Assembly (NCBI GenBank): GCA_031430835.1
Contig: JANPCH010000072.1
Span: 4,866-68,865 of the forward strand
DNA length: 64,000 nt
Source of the DNA: Gemmatimonadaceae bacterium
Lineage (GTDB): Bacteria; Gemmatimonadota; Gemmatimonadetes; Gemmatimonadales; Gemmatimonadaceae
Reading direction: 5' to 3'
A program made the translations under genes and the position numbers. Below the pieces are notes generated by a model, which saw only the letters and a program-made list of their open reading frames with translations, made no database searches and had not been told where the DNA came from. Positions within the stretch are counted from its first letter, which is position 1, and each line of letters opens with the position of its first letter. Below, piece by piece: positions 56,480 to 64,000 of the stretch.

Positions 56480-57975
56480 GTACGCCGGACGCCCTCCGCG
56501 CGCGCGGCGAAGCGTTCCTTGAGGAGGTCTCGGCCGAGTATCACGCGGCGCACTCGGGCCTCAAGGCTGAGGCGGTGCTGCAGCCGATCTACGAGCGGCA
56601 TCGCGAAGCCTTTGGGGACGAGGCGTTCGCAGACGTGTTGAAGCAGTTCCGTTGGGAGAAGGACGTGCGGTCGCCGCGAGCGCTGCTCGACTGGCTCGTC
56701 GAGTCGCGAGTCGGGCGCGAACTCGCGCCCCTCGAGGAACGGGAGATCGCGTGGGAGGGCGCCGCGGTCGTTCGCTTGGCCGACGGCACCGAGGAGCCGT
56801 ACCAGCGGGTGCCGATCACGCTCGGGAACACTCGTGACATGCGTGCCCGTCACGCGCTCGATGACGCGCGCGCCGCGCTGGTCGCGAAGGAGTTCGCGCC
56901 CCTCAAGCGCGAGCGGCTCCAGCGCGAACACGAAGTGGTCGGCTCACTCGGCATCGCCCCAACGTACAACGCGACCTTCGAGGCGTTGAGTGGTGTGTCA
57001 CTAGCGGCGCTCCGGAAGGAGTGCGAGGCGTTCCTCAAGGACACGCAGGCGCTCTGGGACGAGCTCCTTCCCGCCTTCCTGAAGGAGGGACTCGGCATCA
57101 CCCGCGCCGAGGCGACCCGCGCCGACCTGCTGGCATTGATGCGCGCCCCAGAGTTCGACGCCGCGTTCACCGCTGAGGCGATGGAACGCGAGGTGCGCCG
57201 TCAGGTGACCGAGATGGGGATCAGCCCCGACGCGTCGGGGCGCGTCAAGTACGACACCGGCGAACGGCCGGGGAAGCGAGCGCGGGCCTTCTGCGCGCCG
57301 GTCAAGATCCCCGATGTCGTCCATCTCGTGCTGCGGCCGCACGGCGGAACCGGGGATTGGATGACGTTGCTCCACGAACTCGGGCACGCGCTCCACTTCG
57401 CGAATATGGATCGCACTCTCCCCTTCGAGTACCGCTGGCTCGGCGACAACTCGGTGACCGAGGGGTACGCGATGCTCTTCGACCATCGGCTCAAGGATCG
57501 GGGATGGCTGCAGCGCTACACCGGTCTCTCGAAGAAGGACTTGCCGCGCTACCTCCGGAGCCAGGGCTTCGAGGAACTGCACTACGTGCGGCGGTACGCA
57601 GCGAAGCTCATCTACGAGACGGAGCTCCACGGCGGCGCGGTGGGGTGGGACGCGCTCCCCGATCTCTTCGTCGAGTTGTTGACCAACGCGACGGGGTTCC
57701 TCTATCAGCGCGCTGACGCCTTCGTGGATGTGGATCCGCGTTACTACGCGGCGCGCTACCTTCGGGCGTGGCAGTTGCAGGCGGTGCTCGATGAATCGTT
57801 GCGGTCGAGGTTCGACGAGGACTGGTGGCGGAATCCGAAGGCGGGGCCGTGGATCGTCGGCGAACTCTTCAGCCACGGACAGCGGGAACTGGCGGACGAA
57901 CAGGCGCGTCGCGTGGCGGGGAAGGGCCTCTCCTTCGCCCCCGTGATCGCCGCGATCGAACGGATGGTCGCGTGA
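56476..57975 (+). CDS. M3-like zinc metallopeptidase (oligoendopeptidase-like)
   Basis: [16 protein letters not shown] (HExxH), downstream TEGYA. Confidence 0.7.
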   Translation: MSTPDALRARGEAFLEEVSAEYHAAHSGLKAEAVLQPIYERHREAFGDEAFADVLKQFRWEKDVRSPRALLDWLVESRVGRELAPLEEREIAWEGAAVVRLADGTEEPYQRVPITLGNTRDMRARHALDDARAALVAKEFAPLKRERLQREHEVVGSLGIAPTYNATFEALSGVSLAALRKECEAFLKDTQALWDELLPAFLKEGLGITRAEATRADLLALMRAPEFDAAFTAEAMEREVRRQVTEMGISPDASGRVKYDTGERPGKRARAFCAPVKIPDVVHLVLRPHGGTGDWMTLLHELGHALHFANMDRTLPFEYRWLGDNSVTEGYAMLFDHRLKDRGWLQRYTGLSKKDLPRYLRSQGFEELHYVRRYAAKLIYETELHGGAVGWDALPDLFVELLTNATGFLYQRADAFVDVDPRYYAARYLRAWQLQAVLDESLRSRFDEDWWRNPKAGPWIVGELFSHGQRELADEQARRVAGKGLSFAPVIAAIERMVA

Positions 57976-58829
57976 CCGAGATGACGGTGTACCTGAATGG
58001 GCAGTATGTCCCTCGCAGCCAGGCGATGATCCCGGTCGAGGATCGCGGATTCACCTTCGGCGACGGCATCTACGAGGTGGTGCGCGTGATCGAGGGGCGC
58101 ATCTTCGGCTGGGATGCGCACGCCGCGCGGATGGCCGATGGGCTCGCGGGCTTGCGAATCGATTCCATAGGCACGGAGTCGGTCACCCTGCGCGCCGTGT
58201 GCGAGCGACTCGTGCGCGACAACGGCTTCACCACCGGCGAGGCGACGGTGTACCTGCAGGTCTCGCGCGGTGCGGCGCCACGCACGCACCACTTCCCGCC
58301 GCCGGGGACCAAGACGACGATCTTCGCGATCGCCGCGGCTTTCAAGCCGAACCTCGCGATGCGGGAGAACGGCGCCAAAGGAATCACCTTCGCCGACGTG
58401 CGCTGGTCGCGCTGCGACCTCAAGACGGTGAATCTCCTCGGGCCGGTGCTCGCGCGCCAAGCGGCGCACGAGGCCGGGGCCTACGAGGCGATCCTCCATC
58501 GCGACGGCGTGGTGACCGAAGGTGCGGCGACGAACTGCTTCGCGGTGGTCGGCGGTGTGCTTCGGACCTACCCGCTCTCCAACTACATCCTGCCGGGGAT
58601 CACGCGGGCGGTGCTCCTCGAGATCGTCGCGGAACTCAAACTTCCGCTGCAGGAACGGCCGGTCACGCTGAAGGACCTTCCGAAGGTCGATGAACTCTTC
58701 GTCTGCGGCACCACCACCGACGTGCAAGCGATCGTCACGCTCGATGGGCAGCCGGTCGCGAATGGCAAGCCGGGGCCGGTCACTGTGAAGCTCCGTGAGG
58801 CGCTCGAACGACGGCTCTATGGGCGATAG
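57972..58829 (+). CDS. Class IV aminotransferase (D-amino-acid aminotransferase-like)
   Basis: EDRGFTFGDGIYEV, RCDLKTVNLL (PLP Lys), EGAATN, ILPGITR. Confidence 0.9.
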   Translation: MTEMTVYLNGQYVPRSQAMIPVEDRGFTFGDGIYEVVRVIEGRIFGWDAHAARMADGLAGLRIDSIGTESVTLRAVCERLVRDNGFTTGEATVYLQVSRGAAPRTHHFPPPGTKTTIFAIAAAFKPNLAMRENGAKGITFADVRWSRCDLKTVNLLGPVLARQAAHEAGAYEAILHRDGVVTEGAATNCFAVVGGVLRTYPLSNYILPGITRAVLLEIVAELKLPLQERPVTLKDLPKVDELFVCGTTTDVQAIVTLDGQPVANGKPGPVTVKLREALERRLYGR

Positions 58830-58856
58830 TTCGTCGGCTTGCACGGCACTGCTTGA

Positions 58857-58992
58857 TCAACACGAAGGCACGAAGACACGAAGAACCGCAACTGCAACTG
58901 ATGGGAGGAACTCAGCGGCGTGGTCGGAATCGCTGTCGTTCCCCCGCCTCTTGTGGTTGCCGTTCTTCGTGGCTTCGTGTCTTCGTGTGAAC
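58857..58992. repeat. Family B palindromic element
   Basis: CAACACGAAGGCACGAAGACACGAAGAAC...GGGAGGAACTCAGCG/CGCTGTCGTTCCCCC...GTTCTTCGTGGCTTCGTGTCTTCGTGTGAAC. Confidence 0.85.
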
Positions 58993-59012
58993 CGCCGTTG
59001 CATTGAGCGAAC

Positions 59013-59669
59013 GTGACCGCCGAACGTCGCCGGAGGATCTGGAAACTGCCCGATCCAATGGCGCCGACGAGCGCTGAGCCCGCCAAGGAAGTCGCGCTCC
59101 TCCGCGATCTGCTGCACACGTTGCTGAGAGCCGACGACCCCACCGAAGCCTTCCAGTTCGCGCTCGACCGCGCCTGCCCGGCCGTTGGCGCCGCACTCGG
59201 CTCCGTCTTCGTGGTGGATGGCACCGGCGAGATGATGCGGTTGGCGGCCGCGCACGCGTGGCCTGAACGCTGGCGCCCCTGGCTGAGCGAGATGCGCGTC
59301 CGTGTCGGCTTCGGCCCGAGCGGCGAGGCGGCGAGCGAGCGGAGGGTGATCGAGGTCGCCGATGTCTTCGCCGACCCGTCGCTCGAGGACTGGCAGGAGG
59401 TCGCGAAGGAACTCGGCTTTTGCGCTATTGTCGCGCTACCGCTGATCGCCGGCTCGCGACTCGAAGGCACTCTCACCTTCTACTTCGCCGAACCCGGCAC
59501 TCCCCGCGCGCCCACGCGCGCACTCCTCGGAGCGATCGCCGACCTGATGGCCGCGGTTGCCGAGAAGGGGACCCTGCGTGAGCGACTCCGCCGCGCCGAG
59601 GCCCTACTGGACGAGCGCACGCCGCACGAGCCGGACCAGTCCGGGGAGGGCGCTGGCGCGTCTGCGTGA
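59013..59669 (+). CDS. Stand-alone GAF domain protein
   Basis: GPSGEAASERRVIEVADV..DP, IVALPLIAGSRLEGTLTFY. Confidence 0.75.
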   Translation: MTAERRRRIWKLPDPMAPTSAEPAKEVALLRDLLHTLLRADDPTEAFQFALDRACPAVGAALGSVFVVDGTGEMMRLAAAHAWPERWRPWLSEMRVRVGFGPSGEAASERRVIEVADVFADPSLEDWQEVAKELGFCAIVALPLIAGSRLEGTLTFYFAEPGTPRAPTRALLGAIADLMAAVAEKGTLRERLRRAEALLDERTPHEPDQSGEGAGASA

Positions 59670-59732
59670 TAGATTCCTCAACATCGCGAACCGATCGCCC
59701 GTACCGGGTGTCGAAGAGAACAGAGGAGACTC

Positions 59733-60032
59733 GTGAGCCATCAGCAGACCGGACGCACCCTCCAGCAGCAGCGCACCCAACTCCCCGCCGCCGACGTTCT
59801 TGCGGCCGCGCGGGACTTCTTCTCCACGCGCTCGGGGATCTACTCGGCTTTCCTCGAGAAGGAAGGACCGAACTGGATGAGCCTGCGCGGCCAGGGGGGC
59901 GAGGAGATCGTCATCGCCGCTACCGAGGAGAGCGCCGGCACTTCGGTGAGCGCCTCCTCCTACCTGTTCGACGCGCAGGTCGCGCAGTTCCTCGCCTCGC
60001 TCCCGCCAGCGAAGCCGGGGTCCCCGTCGTGA
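59733..60032 (+). CDS. Hypothetical protein (99 aa)
   Basis: GAGGAG RBS, GTG start, typical codon bias; GTGA overlap with the next gene. Confidence 0.7.
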   Translation: MSHQQTGRTLQQQRTQLPAADVLAAARDFFSTRSGIYSAFLEKEGPNWMSLRGQGGEEIVIAATEESAGTSVSASSYLFDAQVAQFLASLPPAKPGSPS

Positions 60033-60352
60033 GCGAGGTCGTCTCGACGCTTCGCAGCCGTCCGGGCCTCTTGGCCATCGGGGCAGGAGCACCGAATGCG
60101 ATCACCGTTCGCGTGCAGATGCCGGAGCTGTGGGACACCATCGCGGTGCTCTGCGCCGAGAATACGACCGTCATCGCGCTCAAGCGTGCGGCGCTCGAGG
60201 CCTTCGGCGAACGACACCATCCGATCGAGGACTATGTGCTCAAGCTGCGCGGCTTCGAGGTGCTCGACGAAGCGGCGCCAGTCACCGTTGCCGGGGCGCG
60301 CGAGGGTTCGACCTTCCTCCTGACCTACCGCCGTCGGCGGCCGGTCCGCTGA
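60029..60352 (+). CDS. Ubiquitin-like (beta-grasp, YukD/EsaB-like) protein, 107 aa
   Basis: GTG overlaps the upstream stop; manual alignment to the ubiquitin strand/helix pattern; lies in the 3' part of ORF 59666..60352. Confidence 0.65.
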   Translation: MSEVVSTLRSRPGLLAIGAGAPNAITVRVQMPELWDTIAVLCAENTTVIALKRAALEAFGERHHPIEDYVLKLRGFEVLDEAAPVTVAGAREGSTFLLTYRRRRPVR

Positions 60353-61371
60353 ACACGGCGGCCAGCGCCCCGCAGCTCAGCGACCGCGACGCACTCCTCG
60401 CGGCCGCAGCGCGACTGCGCGCCGAGGTCGGCAAACGGATCGTCGGGCAAGAGGCGGTGCTCGACGAGATCCTGATGGCGCTCGTCGCCGGTGGTCACGC
60501 CCTCCTCGTCGGTGTGCCCGGTCTCGCGAAGACCCTGATGATCCGTTCGGTGGCCGAGGCGATGGACCTCGACTTCCGCCGGATCCAGTTCACGCCCGAC
60601 CTCGTGCCGAGCGACATCACCGGCACCGAGCTGCTCGAGGAGGATTCGCAGAGCGGGCATCGCAGCTTTCGGTTCGTGCGCGGCCCCGTCTTCGCGAACA
60701 TCGTGCTCGCCGATGAGATCAACCGCGCGCCGCCGCGGACGCAGGCGGCGCTTCTTGAGGCGATGCAGGAGCACTGCGTCACCGCGGCCGGTGAGACGAT
60801 GGCCCTCCCCGAGCCCTTCTTCGTCCTCGCGACGCAGAACCCGATCGAGCAGGAAGGGACCTATCCTCTTCCCGAGGCGCAGCTCGACCGCTTCCTCTTC
60901 GACATCCGCATCGGCTATCCGGGACCTGACGAGGAGATCGCGATCCTTCGTGCGACGACCGGTGTGGGGAATGCGGCGCTGAAACCGATCCTCGGGGCGA
61001 CCGAAGCGCGGGCCCTGCAGCGCCTCACGCGCGAGATCCCCGCCGCCGACGCCGCGCTCCGGTATGCGGCCGCGCTCGCGCGCGCCACGCGGCCCAAGAG
61101 TGGCGAAGCGACGGCGATGGTCGAGCGGTACGTGCGCTGGGGAGCTGGTCCGCGCGCCGGTCAGGCGCTCATCCTCGGTGCGAAGGCTGCGGCGCTCCTC
61201 GGTGGGCGGCACGTCGTCGCGCCCGAGGACATTCGCCGCGTCGCCCGTCCGGTGCTCCGGCACCGGGTGCTCCCGAACTTCGCCGCCGAGGCGGAGGGGA
61301 TCGACTCTGAGCGGATCGTCGAGGACCTGCTCGCGCACGTCCCCGAACCGCGCGGCCTCACCGGACTCTAG
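60349..61371 (+). CDS. MoxR-family AAA+ ATPase (start uncertain; CTG overlapping the upstream stop proposed)
   Basis: IVGQE, GVPGLAKT, RIQFTPDLVPSDITG, LADEINR, ATQNPIEQEGTYPLPEAQLDRF. Confidence 0.93.
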   Translation: MNTAASAPQLSDRDALLAAAARLRAEVGKRIVGQEAVLDEILMALVAGGHALLVGVPGLAKTLMIRSVAEAMDLDFRRIQFTPDLVPSDITGTELLEEDSQSGHRSFRFVRGPVFANIVLADEINRAPPRTQAALLEAMQEHCVTAAGETMALPEPFFVLATQNPIEQEGTYPLPEAQLDRFLFDIRIGYPGPDEEIAILRATTGVGNAALKPILGATEARALQRLTREIPAADAALRYAAALARATRPKSGEATAMVERYVRWGAGPRAGQALILGAKAAALLGGRHVVAPEDIRRVARPVLRHRVLPNFAAEAEGIDSERIVEDLLAHVPEPRGLTGL

Positions 61372-61374
61372 GCG

Positions 61375-62232
61375 ATGGGCGTCGGCCCGTACGGCGCGTT
61401 GCTCGACGCCGTGCGCGGTGTGCGCTGGCCGGCCAGGCGAGCTGTGGCCGGTGGAGCGCCCGGGTCACATCGGGCGAGGACACGCGGGGTCGCGCCTGAG
61501 TTCGCCGAGTATCGCCCCTACCGCCAAGGCGACGACCCGCGCCGGCTCGACTGGAAACTCCTCGGTCGCAGCGACAAGGCATTCATCCGTCTCGCTCCTG
61601 ACCACGCGATCCTCGGCACGACCTTCATCGTGGATGCCTCTGCGTCGATGGCGTACGAGGGGAAATGGGAGACAACGAAGCGCCTTGTGATCGCGCTCGC
61701 CGCGGTCGCGCACGCAAGTGCGGACCCCGTCGGCCTCCTCGTCGCGGCGGCACAGGGAGTGCGTCGCCTCGCGCCGCGCGCGCGCGCCGGCGTGGTCGCC
61801 GATGTGGCGCGCGTCCTTGACGAGATCGCGCCGTCAGAGAATGCGCCACTGGCGCCGCTCGTTGCCCAGTCAGCGTCACGTTGCGTCGTTCTCACCGACT
61901 GTCTCGGGGATGCCGACGAGTTGCGTGCCGCCCTCGCGCGTCACTGGGCGAAGGGGGGCGAGGCGCACCTGCTCCACATCGTTGCGCGGCGCGAACTCGA
62001 GCCGACTCCAGCTGCGATGATGGCGATCGATCCGGAGGACACCGCGCTCGAACGACCGCTGGTCGCGACGTCTCATGCCGGATACGTCGAACGATTCGCC
62101 GCGTGGCGCGCCGAGATCGCGTCGGCCGCGCGGAGAGCGGGGATCGCGTATCAGGAGATCGTGGATGACCAGCCGGTGGAGGCGACAGTGCGTCGCATCG
62201 TCGCACCGACGGCTGCGGAGCGGCCGCGATGA
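61375..62232 (+). CDS. DUF58 / vWA-containing protein
   Basis: EFAEYRPYRQGDDPRRLDWK; DASASM MIDAS motif. Confidence 0.9.
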   Translation: MGVGPYGALLDAVRGVRWPARRAVAGGAPGSHRARTRGVAPEFAEYRPYRQGDDPRRLDWKLLGRSDKAFIRLAPDHAILGTTFIVDASASMAYEGKWETTKRLVIALAAVAHASADPVGLLVAAAQGVRRLAPRARAGVVADVARVLDEIAPSENAPLAPLVAQSASRCVVLTDCLGDADELRAALARHWAKGGEAHLLHIVARRELEPTPAAMMAIDPEDTALERPLVATSHAGYVERFAAWRAEIASAARRAGIAYQEIVDDQPVEATVRRIVAPTAAERPR

Positions 62233-63488
62233 GTTTCCTCACGCCACTTGCCTTCGCGCTCGGCGTCGTCGGGGCACTCGCTGTGGTTGCGGTGCACCTC
62301 CTCACGACTGAACGGCCACCGCGGGAGATCCTCCCGACGGCGCGCTTCGTGCCGCTCGTCGAAGCACGCGCGGTCGCGAGGTCGCGTCGACCGACCGACC
62401 TCTTCTTGCTCGCGCTCCGGGTGCTGGTCGTGCTCCTCGTCGGCGCCGCGTTCGCGCGGCCGGTGCTCGACGCGCCGGGCCCAAGGGTGCGGAGCGTGGT
62501 CCTGCTCGATGTGTCGGGAGCCGTAGCCGATCCGCGCGACGCGGCCTCGCGTGCGCGGGCGGCTCTCGGCCCGGGAAGCACGTTAGTGCTCTTCGACACG
62601 GGGGCGAGGATCGTGTCGTCCGACTCCGTCTCCACCAGCACGGAAGCAAGCGGGGCGCTTCGCCCAGCCCGCGGCGCGCTCTCGCCGGCGCTGGTCGCGG
62701 CGCGGAATGCGGCGGGCCAGGTCGCGCGCGGCGCGGACTCCCTCCGGCTCGTGATCGTCTCCCCGATGTCGGAAGGGATGACCGACGCGGCGACGGCGGG
62801 GCTTCGCGCGATCTGGCCCGGCCGGGCCGAAGTGGTGCGGGTGGCCGGAATCGCAGACACTGCGCTCAGTGATGGGCCGGAGCTTGTCACGTCGCTTGTA
62901 GACGATCCGCTGCGTCCGGCGCTTGCGCGTCTGCCGCGTGGGCGCGGTGCACACCGAGTGCGGATCGTGCGGCGCGTGCCGACGGCGAGCGACACCGCGT
63001 GGACCCGCGCCGCCGGGCACCTGCTTGTCATCTGGCCCTACTCCACCGGCGCGCCAGTCGCCGACGCGGTGACGGTGTCCGGTGCCGGAGGCGTGACCGT
63101 GGTCGCGCCTCTCGTGCGTGAAGCTCTCGTCGGTGGCGGCGAAGTCCTCGCTCGCTGGCGCGATGGCGCACCAGCGGTGCTCGAGTCCCCTCTCGCGGCG
63201 GGATGCGTGCGTACCGTGGCGATCGGCCTGCCGCTCGCCGGCGACCTGACGTTGCGTGGGCCATTCAATCAGTTGCTCCAGGCGCTATTGGTGCCCTGCG
63301 GCGGACGTCGGGGAGTCGCGCTCTCCGATTCGCTGGTCGCGGCCTTCGCGGGCGTGGGTCCGCTCGCCCCAGCGCGCTTGCTCGCGAACGAGGCAGCGCT
63401 CGACGCGCGACTGCCGGCGTGGCTCCTCGCGTTGGCGCTTGTCGCGCTGGGCGCCGAATGGCTGCTGCGCCGGCGGACCGCACGATGA
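62229..63488 (+). CDS. BatA N-terminal domain protein with degenerate vWA and a C-terminal TM helix
   Basis: MSFLTP..VHLL..PTARF..LLALRVL..AFARP; LLDVSGA. Confidence 0.8.
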   Translation: MSFLTPLAFALGVVGALAVVAVHLLTTERPPREILPTARFVPLVEARAVARSRRPTDLFLLALRVLVVLLVGAAFARPVLDAPGPRVRSVVLLDVSGAVADPRDAASRARAALGPGSTLVLFDTGARIVSSDSVSTSTEASGALRPARGALSPALVAARNAAGQVARGADSLRLVIVSPMSEGMTDAATAGLRAIWPGRAEVVRVAGIADTALSDGPELVTSLVDDPLRPALARLPRGRGAHRVRIVRRVPTASDTAWTRAAGHLLVIWPYSTGAPVADAVTVSGAGGVTVVAPLVREALVGGGEVLARWRDGAPAVLESPLAAGCVRTVAIGLPLAGDLTLRGPFNQLLQALLVPCGGRRGVALSDSLVAAFAGVGPLAPARLLANEAALDARLPAWLLALALVALGAEWLLRRRTAR

Positions 63489-64000
63489 GCCCCGTTCAAG
63501 AGCGGGTCGCGCGCATCCGTCGCCGCTTCGCGATGGCGGTCCTCGCGCGATCGGTGCTCGTAGCGGCTGCGACCGCCGGGCTCATCATCGTCGCCGGCCT
63601 CACGCTTGACGCGCTGATCGGGCTACCCCTCGTGGTGCGCGGCTGGGTCGCGCCGGTGGCGGCGTTCGTCGCGGTGGCGATCCTCGCGTTGGGCGGGGTG
63701 CCGCGGCTGCGCGAGGTGCTCGCGTCGCGGGACGAGGCGGTCGCGCTCTGGTTCGAGCAGCGCTTGCCGTCGCTCCGGTACGCGCTGGTGTCCAGCGTAG
63801 ACTCCCACGTGGTGATCGAGCCCGGTGCGCTCGCGGCATCGATCGCCAGTGCTCCCCTTGAGGCGGAACTCGCGACGGCGGCACGCGCCGTCCTCCTGCG
63901 ACCGGCGCTCGCACTCGTTGCCGCGCTGCTCGTGCTGTTCGTCGTCCCTAGCGGCGCGGTCGCGCGGGTCGGTGCTCCGCGCGCCGGGGACTCCCTCGCA
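63485..64000 (+). CDS. Membrane protein of the MoxR/vWA operon, truncated by the window end
   Basis: ATGA overlap; open to the end (MSPVQERVARIRRRFAMAV... TM helices ...ALWFEQRLPSLRYALVS). Confidence 0.7.
   Translation, partial: MSPVQERVARIRRRFAMAVLARSVLVAAATAGLIIVAGLTLDALIGLPLVVRGWVAPVAAFVAVAILALGGVPRLREVLASRDEAVALWFEQRLPSLRYALVSSVDSHVVIEPGALAASIASAPLEAELATAARAVLLRPALALVAALLVLFVVPSGAVARVGAPRAGDSLA

Noticed and set aside
48734-58992. Short repeats as a CRISPR array
   Set aside because: Units are 7-9 bp, arranged as inverted arms without unique spacers; no cas genes.

Overview
GC-rich bacterial chromosomal window dominated by core translation and transcription genes. Gene content and the style of EF-Tu, RpoC and r-protein extensions suggest Gemmatimonadota (inference). 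Order: 3' part of cysS; four tRNAs (Thr-TGT, Tyr-GTA, Gly-TCC, Thr-GGT, none encoding CCA); rpmG-secE-nusG-rplKAJL-rpoBC; a ~15 kb accessory block (two acyltransferases, an extended SDR, OmpA with six TSP3-like repeats, an NSS transporter with a 42-aa MetS-like partner absent from the ORF track, an MFS transporter, catalase, NhaA, a broken nucleotidyltransferase module, a CocE/NonD hydrolase, a CitMHS transporter); rpsL-rpsG; fusA-tuf-S10-spc through secY-adk-map, with no infA/alpha operon following; then ftcD, an inositol monophosphatase, trpS, MgtC, a divergent PilT-like ATPase, a DHDPS-family aldolase, purA, glyQS, an M3-like peptidase, a class IV aminotransferase and a GAF protein; and finally a coupled operon of a hypothetical protein, a ubiquitin-like protein, MoxR, DUF58, a BatA-domain protein and a membrane protein. 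Most interesting: (1) a beta-grasp/ubiquitin-like protein coupled to a MoxR/vWA operon; (2) a str operon split by a terminator, with a separate promoter and a ~400-nt structured leader before fusA; (3) two families of dispersed MITE/REP-like palindromic elements. No CRISPR array, rRNA, transposase or integrase was seen. All alignments and folds were done by eye.
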